From Sphingomicrobium sp. (GTDB taxonomy: Bacteria > Pseudomonadota > Alphaproteobacteria > Sphingomonadales > Sphingomonadaceae), in the NCBI GenBank assembly GCA_035637935.1, contig DASRAY010000139.1, forward strand, positions 12,500 through 36,499: DNA of 24,000 bases, in the 5' to 3' direction. Below are positions 23,176-24,000 of the stretch, one piece after another. The translations under genes and the position numbers were made by a program. Every line of letters starts with the position of its first letter. Within the stretch, counting starts at the first letter, position 1. Under the pieces are notes generated by a model that worked only from the letters and a program-made list of their open reading frames with translations, searched no databases and was not told where the DNA came from.

Positions 23176-23472
23176 TTACGGCCGCGAGCGGCGGATGATT
23201 CGGCCGGTCTGGGGGTCGACGTCGACCCAGATCACCCGTCCATTCTCCATGAACTTCATGCGATAGGTGCCGCCGTTGAGCTCGGGCCCGAGATAATCAG
23301 CGCCGCCCATGAACGGGATGACCCGCCGCTCGATCTGCGGCAGCGGGAGCGAGCGGCCCTGTTCCTTGTCGCGGAAGGCCTTGTCGGCATCGCGCGGCGG
23401 ATCGGCCAGCGCAGGCGCGCCGGCGACAAGGGCGGCCAACACGGCCGCAAGAAGGGTACGGAACAGGGTCAT
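23176..23472 (-). CDS. PepSY domain-containing secreted protein
   Basis: 98 aa. Signal peptide MTLFRTLLAAVLAALVAGAPALA|DP. C-terminal YRMKFMENGRVIWVDVDPQTGRII is PepSY-like. It lies upstream of the regulator/kinase pair on the same strand, a common arrangement. Confidence 0.7.
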   Translation of the reverse strand: MTLFRTLLAAVLAALVAGAPALADPPRDADKAFRDKEQGRSLPLPQIERRVIPFMGGADYLGPELNGGTYRMKFMENGRVIWVDVDPQTGRIIRRSRP

Positions 23473-23513
23473 ACACGCGACTCTTTTGCTGGCGGCTTTC
23501 TAGCACGGCGCAT

Positions 23514-23530
23514 TGAATGCGTTATGAATG
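23514..23530 (-). promoter_or_regulatory. Direct repeat TGAATG-N5-TGAATG (11-bp phasing) upstream of the PepSY / response regulator / kinase genes; candidate OmpR-family binding site
   Basis: TGAATG occurs at 23514-23519 and 23525-23530, which is 42-58 bp upstream of the PepSY start (23472). OmpR/PhoB-type regulators bind direct repeats spaced one helical turn apart. Based on pattern only. Confidence 0.25.
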
Positions 23531-23608
23531 TGCCGGAACGCCCCCGTTCAGGCGGGCAAGTCTGCGCCGAAAAGAGCGCCGACGCCAGACCCTGTCGTGA
23601 CCGGGCCC

Positions 23609-24000
23609 TCAGCTCCGCGCCGGAAGCAGCTTGGGATTGCGGAGCAAGGCTGCCGACATGAGGGTCACGACCAGGCCGACCGGGAAGATTTCGACGAAGG
23701 TCATGGGCAGCCGGAACAGCGGGTTGCGGTAGGCTTCGGCCATCGAGCGCATCTCGGCGGCCTTGGCGGCGATCGCCGCGGGCGTCGCGCCCTCGGCGCG
23801 CATCCGGTCGAGGATCGAGGCCGTATATTCGGCCATGAAATCCTTGCCCGAAACCGCCAGGTACAGCTCCCAGCCCAGGGCGTAGATCACCGCCGCGACC
23901 AGCGCGATTCCGAGCCCGACCGCGAACGCCCGGCCGAAGCTCACCACCCCGCCGCATTCGACGTCGCGGTAGCGCTTCACGCCGACGAAGATCAGCGACA
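23609..24000 (-). CDS. DUF4199 family membrane protein, C-terminal part (N-terminus beyond right edge)
   Basis: The track ORF begins at a GTG (23980), but the frame stays open to the window end (...SLIFVGVKRYRDVECGGVVSFGRAF...). The pattern KRYRD...GG...F......G..I.LVA...Y...WE.Y.......FM..Y plus a C-terminal TM helix matches DUF4199. Confidence 0.65.
   Translation of the reverse strand, partial: SLIFVGVKRYRDVECGGVVSFGRAFAVGLGIALVAAVIYALGWELYLAVSGKDFMAEYTASILDRMRAEGATPAAIAAKAAEMRSMAEAYRNPLFRLPMTFVEIFPVGLVVTLMSAALLRNPKLLPARS

Noticed and set aside
14694-24000. Whether wecB, the NDUFS4-like gene, pcs, ispB, pepO and the two-component system belong to the accessory system
   Set aside because: These are housekeeping families in mixed orientations, with their own intergenic regions and terminator-like repeats. 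Nothing beyond adjacency links them to the operon at 2382-14728.
1-24000. Scan for CRISPR arrays, tRNA/rRNA genes, integrases, transposases and long direct or tandem repeats
   Set aside because: I found none by eye. The only repeats are the short GC-rich palindromes and the 6-bp direct repeat reported above. A tRNAscan or Infernal run would be needed to exclude small RNAs formally.

Overview
High-GC (about 65-70% by eye) bacterial DNA. The core genes (pcs, an NDUFS4-like complex I subunit, DUF4199, ispB) and the GC-rich intergenic palindromes point to an alphaproteobacterium, probably a sphingomonad; this is inference. The window splits in two. (A) 1-14728 is accessory. The left edge holds the first three genes, on the minus strand, of a contractile phage-tail-like / extracellular contractile injection system (eCIS) operon: a DUF4255/Pvc16-like protein, the sheath, and the start of the tube gene. 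The operon runs out of the window. A lower-GC divergent control region (2010-2381) separates it from a ten-gene plus-strand operon (2382-14728) whose genes are tightly packed and partly overlap. That operon encodes a secreted protein, a two-TM protein, a protein with a disordered leader, five different hydrolases and one small ORF. The hydrolases are an Amidase_2/PGRP amidase, an astacin-like metzincin, a thermolysin-like gluzincin, a trypsin-like protease fused to a NucA-type nuclease, and an NlpC/P60-like cysteine hydrolase. None of the five has a recognisable N-terminal Sec/lipoprotein signal peptide. The operon ends with a KAP-family P-loop NTPase that has transmembrane helices inserted in its NTPase domain. 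I cannot match this combination to a described system. It is the main candidate for something new: either an NTPase-governed multi-effector conflict/defence system or a payload island for the adjacent contractile injection system. (B) 14694-24000 looks like ordinary core genome: wecB, an NDUFS4-like protein, a lipoprotein, pcs, ispB, an M13 peptidase, a PepSY/OmpR-type regulator/histidine kinase operon, and DUF4199. I found no rRNA, tRNA, CRISPR array, transposase or integrase. Many long ORFs in the track are antisense or off-frame shadows typical of high-GC DNA.
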